A DNA stretch of 63,201 nucleotides, filler included, from Octopus bimaculoides (taxonomy: Eukaryota): the NCBI RefSeq assembly GCF_001194135.2. It is 5 parts of 5 records of this genome, joined end to end, with 100 filler letters (N's around TTAATTAATTAA, not from the genome) between each part and the next. Parts side by side here need not be neighbours in the genome. Positions count along the whole stretch, not along the records: positions 21,018 to 40,777 come from NC_068985.1; 4 more parts are not named here. One strand, 5' to 3'. The notes below the pieces were generated by a model that saw only the letters and a list, made by a program, of their open reading frames with translations, was not told the origin of the DNA and made no database searches. The first letter of the stretch is position 1. Every line of letters starts with the position of its first letter. The position numbers were made by a program, and so were the translations under genes. Positions 23,584-36,017 of the stretch are shown here, one piece after another.

Positions 23584-24515
23584 NNNNNNNNNNNNNNNNN
23601 NNNNNNNNNNNNNNNNNNNNNNNNNNNNNNNNNNNNNNNNNNNNNNNNNNNNNNNNNNNNNNNNNNNNNNNNNNNNNNNNNNNNNNNNNNNNNNNNNNNN
23701 NNNNNNNNNNNNNNNNNNNNNNNNNATCCCCCCAACATCGCTTGACAACCGATGCTGGTGTGTTTACGTCCTCGTAACTTAGCGGTTCGGCAAAAGAGAC
23801 TGATAGAATAAGTTCTACGCTTACAAAGAATAAGTCCTGGGGTCGATTTGCTCGACTAAAGGCGGTGCTCCAGCATGGCCACAGTCAAATGACCGAAACA
23901 AGTAAAAGAGTAAAAGAGATGTTCACCCCACCTCAAACCACTTTGCAGAATCATTGATTCTACACTTCTACAACCACTTCTCTCGAGTACCTCCAAATCA
24001 CTGATGGCCATTTTCCAATTTATCCCAAGAATTTTTCTAAGACAATATTGATGATATCGTTTCAAATGCCTTAAACGTTTACGATAAACAACCCATGTCT
24101 GACTTCCATATAGCGAAGATTGCAGAACACATTTTTTATAAACTCCAACCTTAATTTGGAAAGATATACTATGGCGTGACGAGAGACACCTGTCAAACCT
24201 ACCAAAGGCACTACTAGCCTTGCTGATTCGATATGACATTTCATCAAGACCAGCAGTGTTCAAAGTACTTCCTAAGTAAATGAATTTAGTTACAACTTCT
24301 AATATTCGACCATTCACACTTACAAAAGGTTCCACATAAAGCTTAGAGGGGATAAGCTTGTACATTAGAACAATTTTTTTTTTCAAGTTGATTATAAGGC
24401 CCAATGCTGTACATGCTGCAGAAATAGCATTCATCATGAGTTGCATATCTTCCTGGGAATGTGCTAACAAGTCACAATCATTTGTATACAAGAACTCAAT
24501 GATGTGAGAATGAAG
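22740..24515 (-). mobile_element. RTE-clade LINE (RT C-terminal half and C-terminal C2H2 fingers), split by a SINE
   Basis: FLYTNDCDLL (YADD motif decayed), KFIYLGSTL, RISKASSAFGR, LYGSQTW, LRWGEH|LVRMNNESFPKRLLY, KPKMRFKD, then three C2H2-like motifs. Confidence 0.9.
23370..23916 (+). mobile_element. Full-length CORE-type (OR2-like) tRNA-derived SINE with internal microsatellite/gap
   Basis: tRNA-like head ggcgtaggagtggctgtgtggtaagtagc...gttcagtcccactg, CORE-like ccttgggcaag..tcttctactatagcctcggg, and (gtaaaaga)n tail. Flanked by agat/agat. Other copies: about 36563-36960 (-), 13600-13860, 32660-32850 and 21060-21330. Confidence 0.85.
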
Positions 24516-25074
24516 AACTTTCGCTTTGGCACAAAATCTTTTGAGGTTGTAAATTACGCTCCCGCTTACTCTACTTCATCCATATACTTGAAGCCACGGA
24601 AAGGGAGATCTTTCGTTGCTGTCAATGTGTACTATACTGAGCACCACAGAGCTTCACAGTCTGTGGTTAGAAGAGGTATTCACTTAAATCAGCAAAAATC
24701 GTGGCAATAATTGATTACAGCACTTCAACAAAGGAGGTGGTCACATGCTGGTGTGCTGAAAACTGCAACGGTATTTCGTCTGCCTTCACGTTCTGAGTTC
24801 AAATTTCGCCGAGGTCGACTTTGTCTTTTATCTATTCGGGATCGATAAATTAAGTACCAGTTGCATACTGGCCTCGATCTAATCGACTGGTACCCTCCCC
24901 CAGAATTTCGGGAGTTGTGCCTAGGATAGAAAAGAATGTAAGTACTAGTCAATATGATCGAATTCTCACTCCACCAAATTTCTTATAGTGAAAAGGAATA
25001 TTTAATGTACGATTTTTATTTACCGATCCTTACTATCATATCCCCTTACACGATGGTTTAAGATGAAATTTTCT

Positions 25075-27205
25075 GTGTGAATATATCGAAAGTGAAGTAT
25101 CGTTTCTGGTTGGAACCTCCAGGTTTCCTGTCCTGAAATTGCCTGACTAAGAGTTCATACGGTTGGAGGAACAATACCGGACACCTTATAACTATGTTAT
25201 GGTACCAACCAGCGTGTTACAGAAGGTGTTTAAGAACTCAAAGGTGCATAAAACGGCAGACCTACACAATTGTATGCCCGAATTTGTTCCTGATAATTTC
25301 CAGGGAAACGGATCTAGTTTTAAAGAAATGTTCTACAAATACCTCTCAGAAGGTGCAGATTAAGATTATATCGGAATTTAATGTGAAAAAAAAAAAAAAA
25401 ATGAATAGATTCGCGAAAGTACACCCATATATACTGACACACATAACATATCCATCCACCAGATGGAACATGAAATTTTGAAAAAATATTCGGATGTGTG
25501 TCAGTATATATATACGAGTTTTTATTTTACAGATACAGTCAGTGGTTTCGTGTTTTTCAGTTAGGCAGAGTGAAAAGTTTACGTACATTAGGTAAGTGTC
25601 TCAGTGTCTAAGGGTTGATACGAGAGGAAGTAAGGAAGAAACATCTGAAAATTTAAGTGAACAAATGTTTAGGGACAAAAGTAACTTGAAGAAAGCCCAT
25701 ATTCAAGCGTGTGTGGTTGTGTGGGCATGAGAGAGAGACAGGGAAAGAGAGAGAGAGAGACAGGGAAAGAGAGAGAGAGAGACAGGGAAAGAGAGAGAGA
25801 GAGACAGGGAAAGCGAGAGAGAGAGATGTTGCACATTTTAAAACCCAAACGCAGTATATACTTGTAACCAATGTCATATTGTCAAATTGTGTTCACACCT
25901 ATAGTGATATATGAAAAATATCAAACAATTAATGAAGCAACTACTATAATTTATTAGAGATTAACTTAAAAGTCACGTTACGTGCGGACATTTGAGTTGC
26001 ATCCTGCGGAGGGCTAATTGGGCTTCCAGTCCAAAACTAAAGCGAGTTAAATAACATGATTTTAATACCTCTATAATGACTATATGACTTGTTGGTGTTT
26101 GATCAGACGTTGAGGACGGAAGAGAATTAATTCTATAATGCGTCCTTGTATTGTTTCAGTCCCAAGTTGAATTCCAAGTGTTGGCCAAATTGTCATATTG
26201 ACAATTCTTATCTGGACGTAAAATTCACGAAGCGAATGTCATTTATCTCCCCCTTTATCCTTGACGTCATCTGACAAATGCCAAACAAGATGGCGTGAAT
26301 CAGCCAAGCTTTACCTGCAAGAAATAGCAACACAAATGCTTTTGTATCAGATCCCTGTACTGGATGTTCAAGAATCAAATGAAGAGTAGATTTTCAATCC
26401 CGGTATTATTCGTTTTCCAAGAAGTTATAATATGTTTATATAAAGCAAATATAGATTGAGATAGAGGGCCACAGAAAGGCGGAATTTAGCTATCTCTGTA
26501 ATCGAAATCTGAAGAAAATTTTATTAAACATTTTAACAGCAGCAAACTTGTGTTTTATTTAACCGCTTACCAAACGTATAACCCAACACTCTACATCTAA
26601 CGGTGGACTAAATGTTGAGTAACTATTATTTCGTGTCCATAAGATGGTGTGAATATATCGAGAGTGATGTATCGTTTCTGGCTGGAACCTCCAGGTTTCC
26701 TGTCCTGAAATTGCCTGGCTAAGAGTTCATACGGTGAAGGAACAATACCGGACACCTTGTAACTATGTTATGGTACCAACCAGCATGTTACAGAGGGTGT
26801 TTAAGAACTCAAAGGTGCATAAAACGGCAGACCCACACAATTGTATCTCCGAATTTGTTTCCTGATAATTTCCAGGGAAATGGGTCTATTTTAAAAGAAA
26901 TGTTCTACAAATACCTCTTAGTAGGTGTAGATTACGATTATATCGGAATTTAATGTGAAATAAAAAAGAAAAATTCGCGGAAGTACAAACATATATGCTG
27001 ACACACATAGCATATACATCCACCAGATGGAACATGAAATTTTGAAAAAAACATTCGGATGTGTGTCAATATATATTTGTGCACGATCTCTATTTTTTTC
27101 ACATTAAATTCCGATATAGTCGTAATGTACGCTATCTGAGAGGTATTTGTAGAATATTTCCCTAAAAGATATCCATTTTTGCTGAAAGTTATGAGGAAAC
27201 AATTG
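25075..27205. repeat. Dispersed duplication (25075-25510 and 26648-27075) with an extra inverted partial copy (27090-27205)
   Basis: Both copies start tgtgaatatatcga.agtga.gtatcgtttctgg and share ...tatatcggaatttaatgtgaaa. Positions 27090-27205 are the reverse complement of about 26866-26970. Confidence 0.85.
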
Positions 27206-27679
27206 TGTGGAGGGCACACTTGTGAGAGTCCGCTCAAAATATCCCCACAAACACCAAAAACAAGGTGAAGATGACTCTGACTTCACTCTAGTCTTCAGGT
27301 GTTCGGGTGCGTCCCCCGGCGCACACATTCCCTAGCCTCTAATCACCGCGAAAGGTTGAAAGAGACTGAATATTATTTGTAACGAAGGTCTTGGAGAAAA
27401 CGTTTCCCCACATTGTGACGTCATAAAGACAGTATGAAGAAATATAGAAAACTGTGCACGAGACGAGAAATTCTTGAATGAATTTCACACGTAGACGCTA
27501 CACGCGCACGCACACAATAGCACACGCATACATGTACACAAACAAATATTTACATATATGATGTATGTATGTATTTACATTAATGTGTGTGTGTGTTTCT
27601 GTTTGTGTGTATATGCGTGTGGGTGGGTGTTTGTATATACATTTATGTGTGTGTGTGTTTGTGTGTTTGTCTGTGTGTC

Positions 27680-27756
<77 letters not shown>

Positions 27757-28001
27757 ATACCTATCTGTCCTCCAACATATACTGATATAAAGGCGGTGAG
27801 CTGGCAGAATCGTTAGCATGCCGGACAAAATTCTTAGCTGTATTTCGTTCGGCTTTACCTTCTGAGTTCAAATTCCGCCGAGGTTGACCTTGCCTTTCAT
27901 CCTTTCCGGGTCGATAAAATAAGTACCAGTTGAACACTGGAGTCGGTGTTATCGCGTTTCCCCCTCCACTGAAATTGCTGGCCTTGTGCCAAACGTTGAA
28001 A

Positions 28002-28048
<47 letters not shown>

Positions 28049-28109
28049 CTATATGTTTTTATTAGTGTGGATTATTTGTGTATGTAAATCTCCACTTGTC
28101 TTCATCCAC

Positions 28110-28530
28110 TAAATTCTTGGAAGTATTATGAGGCAATATTCCTCAAGCCCGTCTCCCATCGTGTCCCTTCACAATCAACCGTCTCCAAATGATTCAGCTG
28201 GAACCCGAAAAGTGACCAACCGAGCTCATAGATATTATCCAAACAACTTTCTCATGATCTTCCGCTGAGTTTCCTGTCAATTGCTTTTGCCCGTAAATTC
28301 TGTCTATTGATTCTTTCCTGAAACATTTTAACCACATTTCCGTAGTATCGGAGCTGTGATATCCCAATTCGGTGATGTAGAGACCCTACCTGGAACACCT
28401 CTTTGATGTGCAGGCTACGCACTCAATAGAGTAACATATTGCCCAAGACTATTCAGAAGAACCCCATTTCGGCCATTTGCATTCACAATCGTGTTCATTC
28501 GATTATTACCCAAGAGGACCAGAACTGCTC
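28110..28530 (-). mobile_element. Degenerate RTE-clade LINE fragment
   Basis: MQMAEMGFF...VRSLHIKEVFQV...ISQLRYYGNVVKMFQERI, the RTE post-RT region. Confidence 0.75.
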
Positions 28531-29254
28531 CCACTTATTCTACTTCTTCTATATACTTGACAAATGTTTGTCGTGCACAATCTTTTCTAACCTAAATGAA
28601 GGGTATGTTTTCCTTTTTACTTTCTATATGCACTACTTGGTGCTCCGTGGTTGGTAGCTGTAGAAGAGAAGCTTACTTGATTCTTCTGTCTCATATGAGA
28701 GTAGCGAATGCTATGTTTATTATTTTGCTGTCTAGGCTTAGGTAGCTGCCAATTGGCATATTTTGCCTGTTTTCTACAAGTGGTCACATGGCCATACCCG
28801 TTCGTGCCAACTGGATGCTTTAAGTCATCGAAAGAGACCGCTTGCCAGACCTACAAATGTGTGGTCTGTTTTGAGCCAGCAGATGGCTACAAGTAAGGAA
28901 TTTCTTTTATGATAGCCAGAGGGGAGAGAACTGTCACCAGAGATCTTTGACGCCATGTTTTGCGTTTACTCCGCACACATTACCATGTACAAGCTGCACT
29001 GGAAACCAATGTATTTTTCTTCACAGAATTACTCGTACCTTTGGAACACAAGCACCACTATATTCTTTTTTGTTAGTTTCGTGATGTAGCGTCTCATATT
29101 TTGAAATACTTGCAATTTGTACTTTTACTGCTTATGCTTGTTTCGCTTGATATATTTCGGAAATTGAACATTTTAAAATACAAAATATACTTCATATTAT
29201 TATATATACTATATGTAAATGCAAAAAATATTGTGTTTATCGATAATCTTCAAA

Positions 29255-29707
29255 ATGATCACAGCAGCAATGGAAAATTCAATGCCAACTTGCTAAGGCA
29301 GTTTCGAAAGTCTATGAAGACCCGGCGACCAGAGAAATTGATGAATGGAGTCTTGTCTCATGAGGACAATCTTTCAGTACACAAGTCCTTGGTTTCAATG
29401 GCTGCTGTGTGTGGCTGTGTTTGAACTGGCTGATTGCCCTCTCTATGTTAGTGATTATCTGATTATAATCTGATTATCATGTTTCCCAACATGAAAAAAC
29501 ACTCGGCTAGGCACCAGTATCGATGTGATGATGACGTCTTATCTGCTGTTGTTGATTATTTTGATCAACAGTATAGCGTCTTTACCAGTGCGATCCAGGC
29601 ACTGCAACTACTGATGGAAGTGTGTGGACAGTAAGAGGAATTATGTCATTTACTCACAATCTATGAAAATGTTTGCTCAGCTTGTGAGCATTTCAGTTGA
29701 CTCTCAT
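29255..29707 (+). mobile_element. Mariner (DD34D) transposase 3' fragment with degenerate right TIR
   Basis: NLLRQFRKSMKTRRPEKLMNGVLSHEDNLSVHKSLVSMAAV...FPNMKKH...DDDVLSAV. The end ttcagttgactctcata resembles a mariner TIR. Confidence 0.85.
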
Positions 29708-29744
29708 AATAATAAAAATTATTATAATAACTGCATTTGTTTTA

Positions 29745-29977
29745 ATGCCAGCATTGAAAAAAATCCACGGTTTTCGTAGAAAATTTAGACCTGGGTTTGC
29801 ACCACCTAAGCGAATTTTGTTCTCGGGCCTTGGAAGGAACTGCACACGTTCCTTCCAAGGACTAATGTAAGCAGCGGAAGTGAGCTAAAACGTTAAAACT
29901 TAGTACGCATGCACAGCAGCGTGTTTTAGCTTCGTTACTATGGCAACACTCCGGATGTTTATTAGTCAAACCTTGTA
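29745..29977 (-). mobile_element. Mariner-like left end related to the 1399-2057 element
   Basis: Shares gttaaaacttag.acgcatgcacagcag and cttccttccaag with 1890-1965. Ends in TIR-like ...agtcaaaccttgta. Confidence 0.65.
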
Positions 29978-29983
29978 TTCACT

Positions 29984-30050
<67 letters not shown>

Positions 30051-30051
<1 letters not shown>

Positions 30052-30387
30052 ATTGTTAAAGCGGACAGCAAACGCTAAAGCAAGACAGACATCTCAAGTC
30101 ATATACGTTATTATTATTGGAAAAATTTAGTCTTACAACTGTTTCTGGGATATCCCAAAGTATGGGATATTCCATCATCGGAGATAAATATGAAAAATGT
30201 GAATAATACAGATTAATGAAACGATGACATAGAGGACATTTTCCCTATATGTCTCCAATGACGGAATATCTAATACTTTGGGATATCCTAGAAACAGCTG
30301 TAAGACTTTAAATTTTTCCAATAATAATAACGCTTATAACTTGAGATGTTTGTCTTGCCTTAGCGTTTGCTGTTTTCTTTAACAATT
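30051..30387. mobile_element. Palindromic (fold-back) MITE-like element
   Basis: About 140-bp inverted arms (aattgttaaag...cttacaactgtttctgggatatcccaaagta versus tactttgggatatcctagaaacagctgtaag...ctttaacaatt). Confidence 0.85.
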
Positions 30388-30529
30388 ATATATCCGCTAT
30401 ATCGGAAATCAACAATGGTTCCATAACTCCCGTCTCAGCGATGACCTTGGAGCCTTGGTGATCCGTTACAGTACTTACCCAGCGTACCTAGTCGTTTAGA
30501 TCACATGTGAACTAAACCCCCATATTTTG

Positions 30530-30592
<63 letters not shown>

Positions 30593-31615
30593 TTATCTAT
30601 CTATCTAATATCATTTATATTATAACTAAGGCAATACAATATCCTACTAGCAAATTAGTCAATTTATCAATCGGTTCCATGCCAGATTTACCATGTGATC
30701 AGATAAACCAACCAATCATCAGAAAAGACTGGAAGGAATAATTTCTTTTCTTTTTCAGACTTTATATCACTAATAATTCTTTCTACTATCTTGACAAACC
30801 CTGAAATTTGGTGGAGAGAGGATTAGTAAATTACATCGATCCCAGGGATCAACTGGTGCTCATTTTATCGACCCTGAAAGAGGTGAAAGGCAAAGTCGAC
30901 CGCAACGCAATTTGAACTCAGAACGTAAAGACGGACGAAATGTCGCTAAGCATTTTGTCCGGCGTACCAGTGATTTTGTCAGCTCGCCGCCTTTAATAAG
31001 AACAATACCACCACTATCACCACCACCACCACTATCACCACCACCACCACCATCACCGACGACGATGACGACAACGACAACAACAACAAAAATAATCTTT
31101 TCTACCACAGACACAAGGCCTGAAATTTGGGGGAGGGGGTAGTCGATTGCATCGACCCCAGTGCTCGACTGGTACCTATTTCATCGAACCCGAAAGAATG
31201 AAANNNNNNNNNNNNNNNNNNNNNNNNNNNNNNNNNNNNNNNNNNNNNNNNNNNNNNNNNNNNNNNNNNNNNNNNNNNNNNNNNNNNNNNNNNNNNNNNN
31301 NNNNNNNNNNNNNNNNNNNNNNNNNNNNNNNNNNNNNNNNNNNNNNNNNNNNNNNNNNNNNNNNNNNNNNNNNNNNNNNNNNNNNNNNNNNNNNNNNNNN
31401 NNNNNNNNNNNNNNNNNNNNNNNNNNNNNNNNNNNNNNNNNNNNNNNNNNNNNNNNNNNNNNNNNNNNNNNNNNNNNNNNNNNNNNNNNNNNNNNNNNNN
31501 NNNNNNNNNNNNNNNNNNNNNNNNNNNNNNNNNNNNNNNNNNNNNNNNNNNNNNNNNNNNNNNNNNNNNNNNNNNNNNNNNNNNNNNNNNNNNNNNNNNN
31601 NNNNNNNNNNNNNNN

Positions 31616-31910
31616 CATGGGTGTTTTGCTCAACATCCTTAAACAACCCTTATTCAGGGACCTTTTGAGCGGGATGGGCTACTCGACCTGAAGAAAATTC
31701 TAACTGGGACCCACATGCGAGGTCATACGCTGTTTATCTTGATATGAGATCACCATGTCGCGCACATATGGTTATGATGCATGTGCCTGGTGTACCCTTA
31801 TCAGACGGGTAGTCATGATGGGTATAATGGGCTTCGTATATTTTACTCCAGTGTCACTTTGATGGCATGCGCTGCTCTCTCACTCAATAATAATAATAAT
31901 AATAATAATA
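31616..31910 (+). mobile_element. Family D retroelement, 3' half (5' end in gap)
   Basis: Close match to 16340-16635, ending in ctctcactc(aat)n. Confidence 0.8.
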
Positions 31911-31986
31911 ATGATGATGATGATTATGATGATGTAAAGAAGGACGATTCTACCAGCTCGCTACCTTAATAATGATAATAATAATA

Positions 31987-32020
<34 letters not shown>

Positions 32021-32228
32021 CCATGGTGGAAGATCAGCAATTTCGGAGGAAGGAGTTAGTCGATTACATCGACTCCAGTGGTATGTGTTTTATCGTCCTG
32101 CTTTATTCTCAAATCAGGGATCTTTTTGACAACTAATATTGTTTATATTTAAAACATAATATAACACATACAAATAGTGCACACACACACACACACACAC
32201 ATACGACGACTGCGTTGTTTGAGCATAC

Positions 32229-32281
<53 letters not shown>

Positions 32282-32855
32282 TGGGAGGCATCTCTTTCTT
32301 CCTCGTATTCTGAGTAAGCCCTCTTCATGTGATAACAATAGTTCGTCGAAACGTCTCGTGGTTTGTTTTTTCGAATCGGTCCTGCAGGCAGAGACGTAGT
32401 ATTCACCGCGGTGTCTTATTTACACAACCAGAGTGATTGTATGTTTATCGCAGTCAGTCGTTTTAGACATTATATAGAATAACATGTGGTTTAATCAAAT
32501 TATCTATATGTCACAGCGAGATTTCAATCATTTATCTGTTAAAACTAAACGCCCATACGTTTAGCTTACATTTCTATTGGATCTCAAGTAGTATAATGCT
32601 TTTATTAATAGTTACACGTTGTCAATAATTGCAATGTTTTGCAAATTAGAGTAGAACCAATTGCATAGCTGTATGGTTAAGAAGCTTGCTTTGCAACTGC
32701 GAGTTTTCAGTATCTCTGTGTGGTAACTTCGGCAAGTGCTTTCTATTATACCCGCGGGCCTACAAATGCCTTGTGTGAGAATTTGGTAGACGGAAAATGC
32801 GTGGAAGCCCGTCGGGTGCGAATGTACTATATGTGCGTGAATAAGGAAAGAGAGA

Positions 32856-32896
<41 letters not shown>

Positions 32897-33322
32897 NNNN
32901 NNNNNNNNNNNNNNNNNNNNNNNNNNNNNNNNNNNNNNNNNNNNNNNNNNNNNNNNNNNNNNNNNNNNNNNNNNNNNNNNNNNNNNNNNNNNNNNNNNNN
33001 NNNNNNNNNNNNNNNNNNNNNNNNNNNNNNNNNNNNNNNNNNNNNNNNNNNNNNNNNNNNNNNNNNNNNNNNNNNNNNNNNNNNNNNNNNNNNNNNNNNN
33101 NNNNNNNNNNNNNNNNNNNNNNNNNNNNNNNNNNNNNNNNNNNNNNNNNNNNNNNNNNNNNNNNNNNNNNNNNNNNNNNNNNNNNNNNNNNNNNNNNNNN
33201 NNNNNNNNNNNNNNNNNNNNNNNNNNNNNNNNNNNNNNNNNNNNNNNNNNNNNNNNNNNNNNNNNNNNNNNNNNNNNNNNNNNNNNNNNNNNNNNNNNNN
33301 NATATATATATATATATACATA

Positions 33323-34394
33323 CAGGGTTGGACAAAATAATGGAAACACCCAGCATCATAGCATCATAGTTTTGAAATACCTATAAAACAGTCAAATGCT
33401 TGTTTATTTTAATATTTTTTGATTTACTATTAGTGTTGCTTAATATGTTTTGCTAAAATTGCTGTTTATTTTCAGATATCATCAGAAAAAAGGTAATTAA
33501 GATTCATAAAAATGACAGATCTATCGGACTTTCAAAGAGGTCAAATTGTCGGTGCTCATATGGCAGGCACTAGCGTAATGAAGACACCCGAAATGTTTGA
33601 TGTATCAAGAAGTACTGTCTCGAAAGTAATGACAACCTTTGAGAAAAACGGAAAAACCTCCTCGTCGAAACAAGACTCCGAATGAAAACCAAAACTTTCT
33701 GATAGGGACCGTCGGACTCTTACGCTAATTGTTAGAAAGGATCACAAATATACAGCTCCCAAAATTACTGCAGAGCATAATGACCACCTCGAGAACCATG
33801 TTTCCACAAACACTGTTCGCCGGGAGCTGCGCAAAGCCGGATTTCACGGGAGGGCTGCAATCAGAAGACCACTACTTTCAAAAACAAATGTTGTAAAGCG
33901 TTCAGAGTGGAGTAAAAACCCAAAGAATTGGTCCCTAGAGCAGTGGAAGAATGTTATTTTCTCAGACGAGTCGTCCTTTACTTTATTTCCGACCACCGGT
34001 CGAGTGTACGTATGGAAACAGCCAAAAGAAGCATTTGACCCAGACTGCCTTCTTCCAACTGTTAAACATGGAGGAGGATCTGTGATGATGTGGAAGGCTA
34101 TATCTTGGAAATCCGTTGGCCCAGTGGTTTCCCTTCATGGCAGAATTAATAGTCAAGACTATTTAAGCATATTATCAGATCAAATTCATCCTATGGTTGC
34201 GGAACTGTTTCCGGAGGGAAACGCAATCTTTCAGAATGATAATGCACCAATTCACACAGCTAAAGTTGTTACTGAATGGCGCGAGGAACATTCTAGTGAA
34301 GCTTAACATCTTATCTGGCCAACACAGTCCCTAGATCTCAATGTTATTGAACATTTATGGTGCATTTTAGAAAAACAAGTAAGGAGTCGATATC
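33323..34394 (+). mobile_element. Tc1-family DNA transposon, DD36E type, near-intact transposase pseudogene
   Basis: TA|CAGGGTTGGACAAAATAATGGAAACACC TIR. Frame from ATG 33512 (MTDLSDFQRGQIVGAH...FSDESSF...VKHGGGSVMMW...QNDNAPIH...DLNVIEHLW) has only two in-frame stops (33683, 34304) and no frameshift, and runs into the gap. Confidence 0.93.
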
Positions 34395-34905
34395 NNNNNN
34401 NNNNNNNNNNNNNNNNNNNNNNNNNNNNNNNNNNNNNNNNNNNNNNNNNNNNNNNNNNNNNNNNNNNNNNNNNNNNNNNNNNNNNNNNNNNNNNNNNNNN
34501 NNNNNNNNNNNNNNNNNNNNNNNNNNNNNNNNNNNNNNNNNNNNNNNNNNNNNNNNNNNNNNNNNNNNNNNNNNNNNNNNNNNNNNNNNNNNNNNNNNNN
34601 NNNNNNNNNNNNNNNNNNNNNNNNNNNNNNNNNNNNNNNNNNNNNNNNNNNNNNNNNNNNNNNNNNNNNNNNNNNNNNNNNNNNNNNNNNNNNNNNNNNN
34701 NNNNNNNNNNNNNNNNNNNNNNNNNNNNNNNNNNNNNNNNNNNNNNNNNNNNNNNNNNNNNNNNNNNNNNNNNNNNNNNNNNNNNNNNNNNNNNNNNNNN
34801 NNNNNNNNNNNNNNNNNNNNNNNNNNNNNNNNNNNNNNNNNNNNNNNNNNNNNNNNNNNNNNNNNNNNNNNNNNNNNNNNNNNNNNNNNNNNNNNNNNNN
34901 NNNNN

Positions 34906-34973
<68 letters not shown>

Positions 34974-35289
34974 GTATATGTATATATATATATATATATG
35001 TATACATATATATATATGTATTATATATATGTATGTGTGTGTAATATCTCACGTTATCGACCAGACTATCTAAGCAACCAGCCACAACATGACCACCGCC
35101 ACCAAAACCACCACCACCATTACCATCACTGAGTTAGCACTCTCTTACCCACTATCAACCCCACCGCAACATCACATGAACTACCACACCCACCGCCGCC
35201 AGAAAAACACAGAAAAAAATAATAGCTAGAGCACTCAGAGAGCCCAAACCTCCGCCAAGGCAACACCAACGACCTCTTAATGATTAGCT

Positions 35290-35610
35290 GGGGATGATTT
35301 TTAAAATGTGTATATCTGAAATAAACTCGACTGTTCTCATAAACGAGAATACTAATAATGAACCCGACCCCTCTCAAAAATTAAGTAAAAGATCAGGAAA
35401 AATAATCCAGAATCCTTGTCTGGTACCGGATCGATCCCAAAATCTAATCAGTTCATGCCAGTCACGAGGTCAAACATCTCTGAAAGTTTCATCCAAATCC
35501 ATCCAGCGGTTCTTGAGATATCTTGTCCACGGACAAACCAATAAACAAACAAACAAACAAACAAAAACGACTGAAACAATACCCCCACCTTAGCGAAGGC
35601 GGTGGTAATA
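35290..35610 (+). mobile_element. Helentron/DINE-like non-autonomous element
   Basis: aaagtttcatccaaatccatccagcggttcttgagatatc, an internal (acaa)n microsatellite and a subterminal hairpin (acccccaccttagcgaaggcggtggt). This layout is known for Helentron-associated elements. Confidence 0.55.
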
Positions 35611-35950
35611 AAAGAGCGCTAACAACAACTACAACAACAATCACCAACACGAAGTACTTCCATTATCAAAGTACTTCCATTATCAAATTATTTTTGTTAG
35701 TCCTACTAGCGTTAACCTGCGGTTAAACAGCTACGACTTCAACGCTACCACCAACACCATTGCAACCAGTACTACCACTATTAATCTATTTCAATGTTTG
35801 TAGCTCTTGTTATTATTTCCATGCACGATCAAAACTATTTCGTTTGGGAGTGAGGAAATAGGGTCAAATAGAAAACAAGAGCGACGGGTTTGAAGGAATT
35901 AGGGTTCAAAAACTAGGGTAAAGAGATATGAGGTCGGGGAACAATTGGAG

Positions 35951-36017
<67 letters not shown>

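Noticed and set aside
26305-26400. Minus-strand GCAG|gtaaag donor with a short open frame
   Set aside because: No acceptor, start codon or recognisable peptide. Such donors occur by chance.
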